Part shown: positions 28,226-40,227 of the stretch, piece after piece
Layout: every line of letters starts with the position of its first letter
Numbering within the stretch: the stretch's first letter is position 1
Assembly: GCA_951406725.2 (NCBI GenBank)
Contig: OX597818.1
Span: forward strand, 66,774,001 to 66,838,000
Reading direction: 5' to 3'
Origin: Octopus vulgaris
Lineage: Eukaryota
DNA length: 64,000 bases
The notes under the pieces: generated by a model
The model's input: only the letters and a program-made list of their open reading frames with translations
Databases searched by the model: none
Told to the model about the DNA's origin: nothing
Position numbers and translations under genes: made by a program

Positions 28226-30075
28226 TAACAAGCATATACATGTATATAAAGTTTGTGGTTGTGGTTGTCCCTGTGTGTATAAGTGAGAATGGAGGCATTC
28301 GATGCACGACAATTGTACTTTTACTCAAATGAATATATGACGTATATGTGAGCTCACAGGTTTGTATGTAGTCTGAAGGGGGATACAACGTAATCTAAAT
28401 AGCGGGTAAATAATGAGAGTAAATAACAAGGAATTGAACTTCGCATTTCGTATTTACATCTCTCATATATGTTTCAGTATTCAGTAATAATGGATGCCAA
28501 ACGATAAATATGATCTTTAGTTGCCCCTAATAAAGGCAACGTGCATCATCATTGGCGGACGTGTTATGAGGTTCATGAAAAATATCTGAGGACCCGGCTA
28601 TGATTATGCAAGCTACAATCACGAGATGCGTGCATAGATTTCCTTTGCAATAATTTATTACCGGATTCTGAAACACATGTAAACCAAGAATGGCAAGTTC
28701 AAGCCATTACACGTTTTTCTCACTGTATAATATATATTTCAGTGTGTGTGTGTGCTTGTGTGCTTGTATGTGTGTTTGTATGCTTGTGTCTGTGCGTTTG
28801 TCCTTTTGTGGCTGGGTATAAATTCCTAAAAGATGCTTAAATTTGTTAATTCTAAACTGCTTGCATAGAGTCGTTTTGAAAAAAGGCAAGGATAGCTTTC
28901 CTGGAAACAGATCTTTGACTATTTTGTGGGCGACAAGCTTACAAATAAAGTAAAAGATCGTACGAAAAGCTCCACATTGTTTTGTTATTGTTTTTCGATC
29001 TTGCTTGTGTGGACAATCGGAGATTTTATGATCATGATGAATAATCAAGTATGACTAAATTAAGATTATTTTGAGGAGGATAAAATCATAAAATTGTTTT
29101 CACTGCCATATTCGTAACTGCTGCTATATTGCATCAGTTGACATTATCAAGGCAGATTGACTCGAGAAATTTTCTGTTATATAGAAATTAGCATATTGTG
29201 TATTCAGCACTTAGATGATTATTGTTTCTGAATTTCCACGGAAGAACTAAGGTTTTTAAAAAAAATGTTTGTTAAATAATCGTCCTCAGTGAACGAGAGG
29301 TCACTATCCACCATGAATTTATGGACCTATCAATCTATAAAAAAACTATAACGATGATATAATATTTACTGATGATAACGTCCGGTAGGGGTTTTATATA
29401 AATTATATAAAATATATTGATAGTTTTAATAACAGCATTAAACACATATTTATGAAGTTAGAACGTTTATTATCAGTAGAAAACCCATCAACCAATAATA
29501 TTATCATGAATTTATCGTTTTATAGTGTTAAGGGAAATGCTGTACAAACATATTTAATATATCACGTTTAATACATGGACACACATACCCACATTTTACA
29601 ATATATGCAAATTGTTACACCCTAGATGCTATCTTGCCTTAAATGCGGAATCGATTATGTTGAATTTCCTTTTCAAATGAAAGTAGAAATTAGTCAGAAA
29701 GATCGCAATTTTTCTTTTCATGCTATACAAATTTTGTTCAAACGCTTTGGACTGTATTTCAGATATTATTATTTCCGTATTATCGTGCAACGTGAATAAA
29801 GTAATTTATTCACGCTGTCCGTGTGCGCAAGTTTGTGCAAATTAAATTGAATCGTTAAAGAGAATCTTAGCTATCGACAGTTGATAGTTGGCAACAGAAT
29901 TTAGATTTATATTCTAGAAGTATAGGTCGAAGGAAATTTAAAATATGAAGGTCGTTTCTTGCTTTCTGTACATGGATTGCTGAAAAACCTAATATAAGTA
30001 TGTTTTCATAATTTTTCCACCAATAAGAGTGTCCTTACGAAATCAAATCCATTTTAATCGTTTCTCTATTATTAT

Positions 30076-30166
30076 TCGACGGATGTTTGTTGTTAACAGA
30101 GCGTTTCGTTTGATATACACTCCAGCCTTCTTCAGGTGTCTTGGGGAAATTTGGGACGTGGGTTTC
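30076..30166 (-). mobile_element. Family H hammerhead-bearing repeat, partial
   Basis: Reverse complement: AAATTTCCCCAAGACAC CTGAAGA AGGCTGGAGTGTATATCAAAC GAAA CGCTCTGTTAAC. Confidence 0.75.
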
Positions 30167-30744
30167 AAGTTGCTGGTCACCGAGAACCTGTATCCTTAAT
30201 ACCAGCAACCTCTAGCAACCACTGCACCAAGGTCACCATCACGAATTAACCCCTATTAACAGAATCGCAAATTACCAATTCCCAACACGACTACATACTT
30301 GTTACTCGCATATTCAACCCCTTGTACATCCACTGTTGTGCATGAACATGTGAGTTATACGTGCGCGCCTAAGTGAGTATACGTACTCACGTAGGTGCGC
30401 ATATAAAGCTGCTAACCGTACGCATGAGCACAGATGTGCGTGCGCAGGCGTAAATGGGCGTACCTGAGCGCCTGTATAGTGCGCGGGCACAGCAGAATTC
30501 AAGGTCAATCTGTGCCAAGTGACTTTACTCTCAGTCCGGATACTTATTGGTCGGACCGTTATATATATATATATATATATATATATAAGAAAGTTGGTTT
30601 GTGAAAGCACGTGGTTGAATATATAGAAAATAGTAAAAAGTGAAAAAACTACAGAAGGCTTAAAGGTTAAAAAATATATATATTTGCGTCAATATGTCTG
30701 AAGAATATAATTTTTTTTTTTTCCTTACAATGACATAGTTTAGA

Positions 30745-30781
30745 AGAAAGACCGGTTTCGCGTTTAGCTTTTCAAATTTCT
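30745..30781 (-). ncRNA. Minimal type I hammerhead-like motif, U3-A8 core
   Basis: AGAAA U UUGAAAA GC-UAAAC-GC GAAA CCGG UC UUUCU. Stem I AGAAA/UUUCU with one extra U, 2-bp stem II, palindromic ACCGGU stem III, GUC site. Confidence 0.55.
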
Positions 30782-30790
30782 AACGTCGTA

Positions 30791-30827
30791 AGAAATTTGA
30801 AAAGGTAAACACGAAACCGGTCTTTCT
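30791..30827 (+). ncRNA. Minimal type I hammerhead-like motif, U3-A8 core (mirror copy)
   Basis: AGAAA U UUGAAAA G GU-AAAC-AC GAAA CCGG UC UUUCU. Confidence 0.5.
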
Positions 30828-30932
30828 TCTAAAGTTTTTTTTAATATTCTTCAGACATATTGACGCAAATATATATATTTTTTAACCTTTAAACCTTCTG
30901 TAGTTTTTTTCACTTTTTACAATTTTATATAT

Positions 30933-31003
<71 letters not shown>

Positions 31004-31369
31004 CATACATATGCACACACAGGCACACTCACACACACAGACACACACACACACACATATATAAGTATATATATTGTTGGGTCTAGGAAGAGTCATTAGG
31101 CTAATACTATTAACACACGTACAGGTTTGATTCCACCGCTTATTAGTCAACCGTTTAAAAATCCGACAAAATTGTCGACTGTTTATTTAATTTGGCTGAA
31201 CGTTAAAACATTTGATTTGCTTTCGCTTGTCAAATCTCTTCCATTGCTACTTGCAAGCTTTTCAAGTAGTTCTGATTTGTTCGGTTACGGAAGCTGCGTT
31301 TGTCTGCTTGCGATTAGATTGCGGCCGTGAGTGCATTGCGGTGTGTGAGAGTGCTTACCTATGTCTATG

Positions 31370-31612
31370 TAAGTATGTATGTATGTATGTATATATGTAT
31401 GGATGGATGAATGGATGGATGTATGTGTGTGTATGTATGCATGTATGTATGCATGTGTGTATGTATGTATATATGTATGTATGTATGTAAGTATGGATGG
31501 ATTGATGGATGAATGGATGTATGTGTGTATGTATGTATGTATGTAAGTATGGATGTATGTATGTAAGTATGGATGGATGGATGGATGTGTGCATGTATGC
31601 AAGTATGTATGC
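31370..31612. repeat. (TATG)n/(GATG)n tetranucleotide array
   Basis: Directly visible. Confidence 0.95.
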
Positions 31613-32323
31613 AGTCTTCTACGTATTGGTGTGTTTGTGTGTATGAATGTATGTATGCGTATATATGTTTGTGTGCATAATTGTTAGTCTTTGTGATTGC
31701 GTGCTTGATTATATCTTTGCATATGATGTTTTGTCTGAATGCGTTTGCGTCTGTTATGTATGCATATGTACCTATACACGTTTTTGTGTGTATGTGTGTG
31801 TGAGGTGTTTGTATATGATCATGTGTTTTTGTCTAATTGTGTGTGTGTGCGTGTATGCACAAAAAAAACAATTGTATACGTAGATACATACACACACATA
31901 TATGTGTGTATGTGAGTGTGGATGTGTAAAATACATAGGTCAAATTACAGAAAACATGCCATCTCATAAAATAGGTAAAGTTTTTTGAGGTATTACGACC
32001 ATTTCAGGGGCCTTGGTGGTCCTGATATATTACAGATATTAGGGTCCATTATTGAATAACCACGTTTCCCGCTTCAGTGGAAATATTTGGTATTAAAATT
32101 TTCAATCTGATATTTTGGCATGATGGAGCTTAAGAATTGAATAATATCATAAAGCGCTACACGTATTAGGAAAGGAATTTGGGGTGTTTAGATAGAGGGT
32201 AGCAGGGGGGGGGAAGAAAATATATTACAAAATCATAATGATGCTCCAGATAGTAGTAGAGGTGGAAAGTGGCAAGAGGGGTCAAAACTGGGTAAGGTAA
32301 TGTGAAAAGATTTGAAAGTTAAT

Positions 32324-32430
32324 ATTATTTACATTAGACGGATATTTTTCCTCATCTTGTTAGTTGCTAACACAACTTTTGGCTGACATACCCTCCAACC
32401 TTCATCTGATGTCTTTGGGAAGTTTCGAAC
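32324..32430 (-). mobile_element. Family H repeat, left arm of an inverted pair
   Basis: Reverse complement of 32562-32669; hammerhead core degenerate (CAGAUGA...AAAA). Confidence 0.85.
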
Positions 32431-32452
32431 ATTATTATTATTATCATCATCA

Positions 32453-32536
<84 letters not shown>

Positions 32537-32538
32537 TT
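32431..32538. repeat. (ATT)n spacer between the inverted family H copies
   Basis: Directly visible. Confidence 0.97.
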
Positions 32539-32561
32539 CAGCTCATCTAAAAATTCTTTAG

Positions 32562-32716
32562 GTTCGAAATTTCCCCAAGATACCTGATGAATGCTGGAGG
32601 GTATATCAGCCGAAACGTTGTGTTAGCAACTAAGAAGAAGAGGACAAATATCCGTCAAATGTAAATAATGTAAATATCTTTCATAATTCCTCATCTCTTA
32701 AATACAGTGAACTGTA
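32562..32716 (+). mobile_element. Family H repeat, right arm
   Basis: Homologous to 17365-17510. Confidence 0.85.
32579..32624 (+). ncRNA. Minimal type I hammerhead ribozyme motif (best-preserved family H copy)
   Basis: GAUAC CUGAUGA AU GCUG-GAGGGUAUAU-CAGC C GAAA CG UU GUGUU. Intact CUGAUGA and GAAA core, stem I GAUAC/GUGUU, palindromic ACGU stem III. Confidence 0.7.
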
Positions 32717-33315
32717 GTGGAAAGTTAAATTAGCGAAAACAGAATGGTTATTAAAGAATTACCTGGTTCGATAGCAGATAAGCGTTATGAGGGTGTGATT
32801 AAGATTGTTCTTTGTGGGTCAAGAGATTGGGTTGGTATTTTACAAAGTAGTGCAGTTTTGGTAAGTGTTTCTTCAGGAGGGGGTAAAAGGTCGAAGAGAC
32901 AGCAGAAGTGGTACGATCACGGATAATTAGAAGAAATTTGGAATGTGCGTTAATGTGTTTCAGTAGGGTGGAAATGTGGTTGACTATAATATTTGTCGTA
33001 AATTTAAAGTGCATGTTATATATCGATTTATTAATTTTGGTATTTAAGTATATGTTGGTATCTATTCTATATATGCATGGGCAATATTGTGTACATATAG
33101 AGTTGTTGCGCATATTTGCATATATGTATATACGTATATATTTTTGCCTGTATCTATGTAAGCCCTTGTAGGTGCATCTTATGTGTATATGTGTCATGTT
33201 TGTAAATGTGAAGTACACATGACCATATATAAATTTAAATATATATATATATATTTTTTTTTCAGAACGAGATAAAAACCCAAGGGTGTAAAGATTTTAG
33301 ATTATGTATAGATAG

Positions 33316-33363
33316 GTCTTACAGCTGTTTCCAAGATATTTATAATATCCATTCATCGGAGAC
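33316..33363 (-). ncRNA. Type I hammerhead-like motif with palindromic stem III
   Basis: GUCU CCGAUGA AU GGAUAUU-AUA-AAUAUCU UG GAAA CAGCUG UA AGAC. Stem I GUCU/AGAC, 7-bp stem II, ACAGCUGU palindrome, GUA site; U4 is C. Confidence 0.65.
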
Positions 33364-34004
33364 GGTGTGAGAATATGGTTAAGCAATTGTTAATTTAGAC
33401 AAGATACGAAGTAGAGAGTGAAGTGGAGAAATGAAAATGGATGTGTGATATGCAAGGATATTGCATTTGTAGATCCATTATTTATGGAGTATACTTATAT
33501 GTATACCATTCACAGCCTTGGTTTTTTATTTCATTCTAAAAAAATATTTTTTGTATATACACACGCTGATATATGACCTACGTTGGACTCCTTATTCGCA
33601 TAACCACCTAACCTGGAGCTTAACTATGGTCTGTCCATAGCACTTACTCAGCAATACCTGACACCTTTGGGTCTTACTGACACCATTACGTCTCATAACG
33701 TCTCTATATATAATAATATAAACAATATATAACTATATAAATAATATATAAATATATGCATATGTATATACATATATCTACATACCCACACATATATGTA
33801 TTTATAGATGCATATATGAATACAGGACATGAAACAAACGTGAAACACTATGAGGAATGAAAACCAAAAAAGAAAAAAATATATAGAAAACGAACTTTTT
33901 TTCGATCAACGAAAACAACAAACAGAGAAACGAGACATACAACATAAAGAATACTCCCCTTCATCAATTGTCCCTGTTTCACGTACTCCGCGTTTCGAAG
34001 GTAG

Positions 34005-34190
34005 TCCCCCACAATCGCTTGATAATTGATGTTGGTGTGTTTGCATTCCTTTAACATAACAGTTCGACAAAAGAGACCGATAGGATAAGGATCCGGCTGA
34101 CAGGTAATTTGTCCTGGGATCGATGCCTTCCATTAGAAAACACTGCAGCGCCCCAGCATCACCTAAGTCAAATGACTGAAAGAAGTACAA
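34005..34190 (+). mobile_element. SINE family A 3' half
   Basis: ATCGCTTGA..AAAAGAGACCGATAG..GTCAAATGACTGAAA matches family A. Confidence 0.75.
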
Positions 34191-34221
34191 GGATATTATA
34201 TATATACACACTCGCGCAGGC

Positions 34222-34285
<64 letters not shown>

Positions 34286-35989
34286 CACACACTCTCACAG
34301 GCATATATATATGTGCATATATGTAAGCACACACACATTTATATATACGTAATACATAATGCAATTTGATTTGAGAGTGTAATCCTACGCATAAATGATA
34401 TTGTAAATTAGGCCCCGAAACCATCTTCCAGAACTTGGTAAATGGGAAAGATAATAATTGCTCACCATTATAAGAAACGAATGTGTCATTACGTGCAGAG
34501 ACATGACGGAATCAAGATTTACAATTGTTAGGAAATAAATGGTATTTTGTTACGTGAATTTTGTTTGTTTTACAAACAATGATATTCAATATAACTGAGG
34601 CTTTGATCAATTAATATTTTGGATTGCACTCGATGTTTTCCTTACATTTGTTATATTTCTGAATGATATCCATAATTACTATTGTTTAATATTTTCTTTC
34701 CTATATTTATTAATGCTTTTGTATGCGTAGCCGTCTCTAATAAAAGATTATTGTACTTTTCCATTGTGACTCCATAGCGAATTTTACGCAGTTTACGTGA
34801 TGTTATACTAAGCACATTCTGATGGAAACAGGTATCAATTATTCCACAATTCATAATACCCTTACTTTAACACATGTAACAGTAAATTGGGAAGATAACT
34901 ATGACGGCGTGAGGTTTATTAGAACAATGCCTATGATGGTGTGCGTTCTCTGACTGAAAAATATTATCCAATGTTTGCTTGAAGAAATTATGTCTTGCAA
35001 ACAACTTGTACATGCAAGTGCTACCAGTCAAATGCTCCGTATACCGGAAGCCAGCAAGTGTATGGGGTCATCAGGAGAGAATGTGCGCCGTTTTGGGGCC
35101 TACTTTGCGACGGGATAAATTCGCACCGGCTCCCCTCACTGATATGAGGCCCCGCTTGCTAGATCAGCTGGTTATCAAGTTAAGCTAAATATCCTTCTAA
35201 CCATCGCTCATTTTAACCAAATCCAGTGGCTAACCTTCTCCACTGTAGAGTGGATATCGGTCATGGTGGTAATGACTTTACGATTAGTTAGGCCTAGCGA
35301 TATCAACAGTCGTAGGATTAAATATATGGAGGTATGTATTTAGCCATAAATTCAAACTTGAGAATGCAAATTTAAATGTTTAAAATAATTGCTTCACGAT
35401 ACAAAAATAATGTATTCAATTTAATCTGTACGGTATAACTGGAATTTTCAGGTTCTTTTTTTTTTATTTAAGACAGGGATCTTCTCCTATATTATATGTT
35501 AAATTACACAGACAGAGGCTATATACGTGCTATTGAGAAGAACTGCCATTGTTAATCAAAGGCTGAGTTTATCTCATTAACACGTTAAGTGCGATTAATG
35601 TCCATGGTACATATCAAATTACTTTGAAATACACAACCACTTACAATCTAATACAATGCGATTATAATAAGATGCCCTATTTTTTTAAACCGACAGCGTA
35701 TCCAGGAAATGTTCTCGTAATTATTTCTACAATTGGCCCTCTCTTCTCTAACCTCACGTCACATTGAATACTGTTGCCTCCTGTCATTTCCATACATGAA
35801 ACAAATTATTATAAATATTGAAGCTTCTCAGATACCAATCACACAAAACAAATATGACAGAGTTCTCTTTATGACGATCGATCCGACATGCTCAAGCGTT
35901 ATTCCCTTCAACGCCGCTCAAAGTTGCGTCATAGAGAAATAATTCATTTTGTTTATTGTTTGTTTCATGTGGTAAATATACCAATAACA

Positions 35990-36640
35990 TCGCACAAATG
36001 ATGCTGGCATCAACTTTGAAATTTCGCCCAAGTCTCTCTCGCATTCCTTTTGCACCTCTACAAAAATTATGCTCGTGTTACATCACAACACTATGACAAA
36101 ACTATTTTACTTCAGAGTAACGATTGTTGCCAATATAACATGGCAATCCTGGTTTAGGACGAATGTTGCTGTAATTTAGCCCCAAGAGACATTGTCTCCA
36201 GCTGGACAAACGACATCATTTGTGTCCTTATATTTTCGAATAAGGGAATATAAGGACACATGGTGTCGTATAGCCAGCTGGAGACGATGTCTCCTGCGAC
36301 TAAATTACAGTAACATTCTCCTTAAAACAGCACTGCTATGTTATGTTGGCAAAAATCATTACTCTATTTTACTTCAATGGGACATTCTCTCTTTAACATT
36401 ATAACAAGATGCGTAAGAGAAGAAAACGATGTCATAAACTTAAAATGATTCCTGGAGGAACTCCTCAAACAAATTCCAGATAAACCACCCATACCCGGAT
36501 AGCTCTCTGCAAGCAATAACTCTCTACTTCAAAGTAATGTTCCTTATAAAGAATGATTGTAACAAAAAAAGCATCAGTAAACGTTTATTCCAGGTGGTGC
36601 TATTTAATTACTCATGCCTCTGGCTAATTCTGCTGAAACA
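35990..36640 (+). mobile_element. CR1/L2-type LINE 3' fragment interrupted by a foldback MITE
   Basis: Removing the MITE and one TSD restores QNYFTSMGHSLFNII...FLEELLKQIPDKPPIPG*LSASNNSLL (LFN...L..IPD.P..PGY....NSL motif). Confidence 0.65.
36114..36365. mobile_element. Foldback MITE with about 10-bp TSD (Mutator-like)
   Basis: The whole element is an imperfect palindrome (AGAGTAACGATTGTTGCCAATATAACAT.../...ATGTTATGTTGGCAAAAATCATTACTCT). ATTTTACTTC is duplicated at 36104-36113 and 36366-36375. Confidence 0.9.
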
Positions 36641-37337
36641 TATCCATGTAACTAAGTGTCGACACAACTCTCTATGTAAGTGTAAATTTATCTGCAGAAT
36701 ATGAATATGATAATATATATTTTAACAGCATATTCTCAATTCGTTGTGTAGATATCATTGCTTTTCCTTTTGAGTAGTTTTTCTAATGTAGTTGCGAGAA
36801 TATTTCTGAATTAGAAAAGATATACCATTGCCTGATAAATTTTTTGAGAGATAAATATATGCTCGGAATATGGAAGAACATCTTGGCTGTGCTCATGAAC
36901 AATGTGTATATTTAAATTAGTATAATTCATAGGAGACACCTTCGGAATATTTCGGACTTGTATTAGTCTAGCGTATACATGTGAACAGCTCTTTAATTTT
37001 CATGAGTTTGTAATACATGATCGGAGGAAATTTTATCAGAGATGAATCAATTTATATTCAAGACTCGTGTAGCAAGCGTGATAATGCAATACTTATCAAT
37101 AACATAAACATAAAGCTATGAATATGGATGCTAAAACAGCAACAAACAGTTGAAGTAACAATTGGTGATACTACAGTACAAAAGTCACTACAATACATAT
37201 ACCACTGTTGAAAACCTTAACTGAGTAACTTTACAAATCTGTCGTTAACGATGGCCAGCCATTATGAAAACCTTCGTACAAACAGATATTACATGATTAT
37301 GCAACTCTTTAAACCAACAAACACCAACAACAATGTT

Positions 37338-37742
37338 AACTAGAAAAGCACTCGGAAAGCACAGACCTCCGGCAAGCAGCTCATTTTAAGATAGATGCGC
37401 GTGTAAACTTACTAATAGATAAACGAAAATAAACTTTGGTAACAGCAACGCAACCATAGGTGACGTGGAAACGATGAACGTGTTTTCAAGGAAGATACTC
37501 AAAGAAAGTAACATTGTAAATATAACAAATGAAAAATCCCTCATGAATCCATAAAAATTCCCGGATCACTACCACATTTTCATCATCTGTTCTTTGTGTC
37601 ATTACCAACGTTTTCTGCAAGATTCATTAAATACCGTTCACAACATTTTGAGTTATTCTGCACACAGTCGGACAGGCAGGGGCACCAACGGACAAACCAA
37701 CACCGATGAAACCATAACCTCCTTCCTCGGCGGAGATAATAA
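37338..37742 (-). mobile_element. Helentron-associated interspersed element (HINE/DINE-1-like)
   Basis: Minus strand starts TTATTATCTCCGCCGAGG (subterminal IR) with a GTYY-like microsatellite, and ends CTTGCCGGAGGT (IR) + short hairpin + CTAGTT. Confidence 0.75.
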
Positions 37743-37899
37743 GTAAAATATAAAATATATGTAAAGAATATATTTTGAATGACCCAACAATGTACCATAA
37801 TACAAACAATGGACTATAGTACCTTAATATAATTTAATCCTCCATAATCTGATATGATATTTCGGAATATAAAAATTCCTTCTTCAGATATCCCTATAT

Positions 37900-39600
37900 C
37901 CCAAGGAATTGATGGAGTCACTACTATAATCGGTTTTCCAACGGCTTTTCTTTTTTCGGAAGCGTCTCAGCAGTGGCCCCACGAAGCTCCTTCGGGAATT
38001 CCTCATGAGAAGTGACTGAGGTTAGCCATGTCTCAATCTCGTGTTGGCACATCCTCAAAGCTGCTTCTAAGTTATGTGTTATTCACGCAGCCTCCCTGTT
38101 TTTCCCTTTCTTTTTCCTATTTTTTTTTCGTTATAAACATCTAATCAAAAAGGAACCTACACGCATCCAGATGTAGCTAAATAATATATTGATTACCAAC
38201 TTCCAGCCTGTTGTTAATTTGGGGCCCTTTTCTATGTATGAGTATAGCTTCCGTAATTCTTAAATAACCCAAATTTCTTTCATTGACTTCAACTGAGACT
38301 GTTATACTTTTGTCGGTGGTCCGACATCTGTCAACATGTTTTCTCAAGGAGAAAGCTCTCGTGTTCAGATGTTCTTTGAGGCGGACGTGTAAAGTTCTTG
38401 TCGTTCTACCTATGTAGAACATGTTGCATTTGTTACCCGTTGGCATAGAACATGTTGCATTTGTTACATTTGTAGAACATTTGTAGAACATGTTGCATTT
38501 GTTACCCGTTGGCATAAATCTGTGTCACGGATGGGACACTTTGTTAGTGTTCATTGATTGTTGTCCCTTGTTCGTTTCTTTCCGAGTTGTCTTCGCAGAG
38601 AATGGGCTAGGTGTATGTCTAGTCCTTCTTTTCTTATGGCCCTTCGGATGGCGGTAGTTATCCTCTCGCTAAAATTGCGTATTTTGTGTTCGTCATGTTG
38701 GTCGTCTTTCGTAATTAAGCCAATTTATAATGGATCTAGGGTACACGTTGGTTTTCAATATATCTAGGAAGCGTGTAGTGTGGGTCATCTTCTCCTCTGT
38801 CCTGCTGCACTTGCCATAGACACGTGCAAGTTCCTTTCTGGCGTATCCTATTTTGGCACCGAGTGGAAGTGCTGAACTATACTGGACAAATATATCTCTA
38901 CTGGCTGCTTTCCTGTAAAATTCGTTGTGGTTCTCCCTTTCTTCCGTTATATTCACTTTCACGTCAGGTAGTGATAGTGATCGAGTGGTGTCGGGATGTT
39001 CTATAGTGAACTTTATTTTCATGTCCATGCTATTGAACGTCGTGAATATTCTGTCAGCCTCTTCACCGGAGGATGTGAGTATGAGGATGTCATCTACGTA
39101 CCCGGTGAAGAAGGCGCATGAGCGGCCAATGTTGAGCGCTCCACGTTCCATTTGGTTCGTATAAGTGATGGCTATTAGGTCCGAGAGACTGGATCCCATG
39201 GGGAGACCTGTTGTCTGTTAGTATATGTGGTCTTGGAAAGAGAATTAGGTGTTGTTCACGATGATTGACAGAAGTTGATGTATAATCAGCAGCGGTAAGT
39301 CCGAAGTATCCGATATCGGACGCTATTATGCAGTCAGTCAATAGGTTGAGCGCCGAGTGTGTTGGCACCGTTGTGTAAATTTATGATATTTATGTTATAT
39401 TTCCCTTGTTATTTTACCTTTATGTACACTAGGGTAGATTATTTGATAGTTTGACCGTGATTATTAATAGATTTGTAAGCGTTTGTAGGAGGATCGCTGT
39501 AAAGAAATCAGTGTTGCCGTGTCTGCTTGTATGGTAATCCATTAATGTATCAGTTTGATAAGTTGGAATGTTTGGTTGAGCGGATTTAGGAAGCGTTTCG
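37900..39600 (-). mobile_element. Penelope-like element, disrupted RT plus GIY-YIG plus 3' UTR
   Basis: ORF 38693-39199 (MGSSLS..YVDDILIL..IKFTIE..YRK) and ORF 38177-38515 (CNMFYIGRTTRTLHVRLKEH..EAILI...PQIN); upstream YTTVP motif-A remnant. Confidence 0.92.
37923..37977 (-). ncRNA. Degenerate hammerhead-like motif in the PLE 3' UTR
   Basis: GCCA CUGCUGA GACGCUUCC-GAAAAAA-GAAAAGCCGUU G GAAA ACCGAU UA UAGU. A6 is mutated and stems are imperfect; position fits a pLTR. Confidence 0.45.
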
Positions 39601-40227
39601 GATAAACTAATTGTAAACTCCAATTGAGTCTGCTACATTTTCTGTAATTCCGTCTGACTTACCGTGAGATGAGATCGTAATTAAGTACTATACCATATTT
39701 ATGAACTGCAATTCATGCTGTGAAATATGCATGTCCGGAAGCACAGCATGTGCATCATTGCATATTCAGAAATGACTTCTTGATAAAGATATAAAATGTT
39801 GACAGATAAACAAGATGTTTTGAGGCGACAAAGCCACACAATTACTTATGGTTCATATGTCTTTTTAAAGATGTATAAGTCTGAAATATTTGGTGTCATT
39901 TTAAATATTAAGAAGCAATAGTATATAAGAAAATTTGACGGCTCTGTATAAAAGTCAGTGGTGTAAATTGATTCTGCCATCAATGGATACATAGGTAATA
40001 TTTAAAATATGGAAACCGTTGCTATTTTATCAATAAAAAAAAGCATATTCCAACTGGTGTAGGTAACACAAAAGATAATGCTCACTTTTAACTGAATTAG
40101 AATTTTATCAAAAGTAGTATTTATTCAAATACTATCGCTCTCATGCCACGTATGTCTAAAAATTAGACAATATATTAGGACTTCCTTGTGCTGAGGTACA
40201 AAATAGGGATAAAATATGGATTTTAAA

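Larger units (their letters stand above)
30633..30920. repeat. About 290-bp foldback palindrome containing two divergent hammerhead-like motifs
   Basis: Outer arms 30633-30707 and 30844-30920, and inner arms 30739-30781 and 30791-30833, are reverse complements; centre about 30786. Confidence 0.95.

Noticed and set aside
38415-38514. 31-bp repeats as a CRISPR array
   Set aside because: No unique spacers, no cas genes, eukaryotic context, and it lies inside a PLE ORF.
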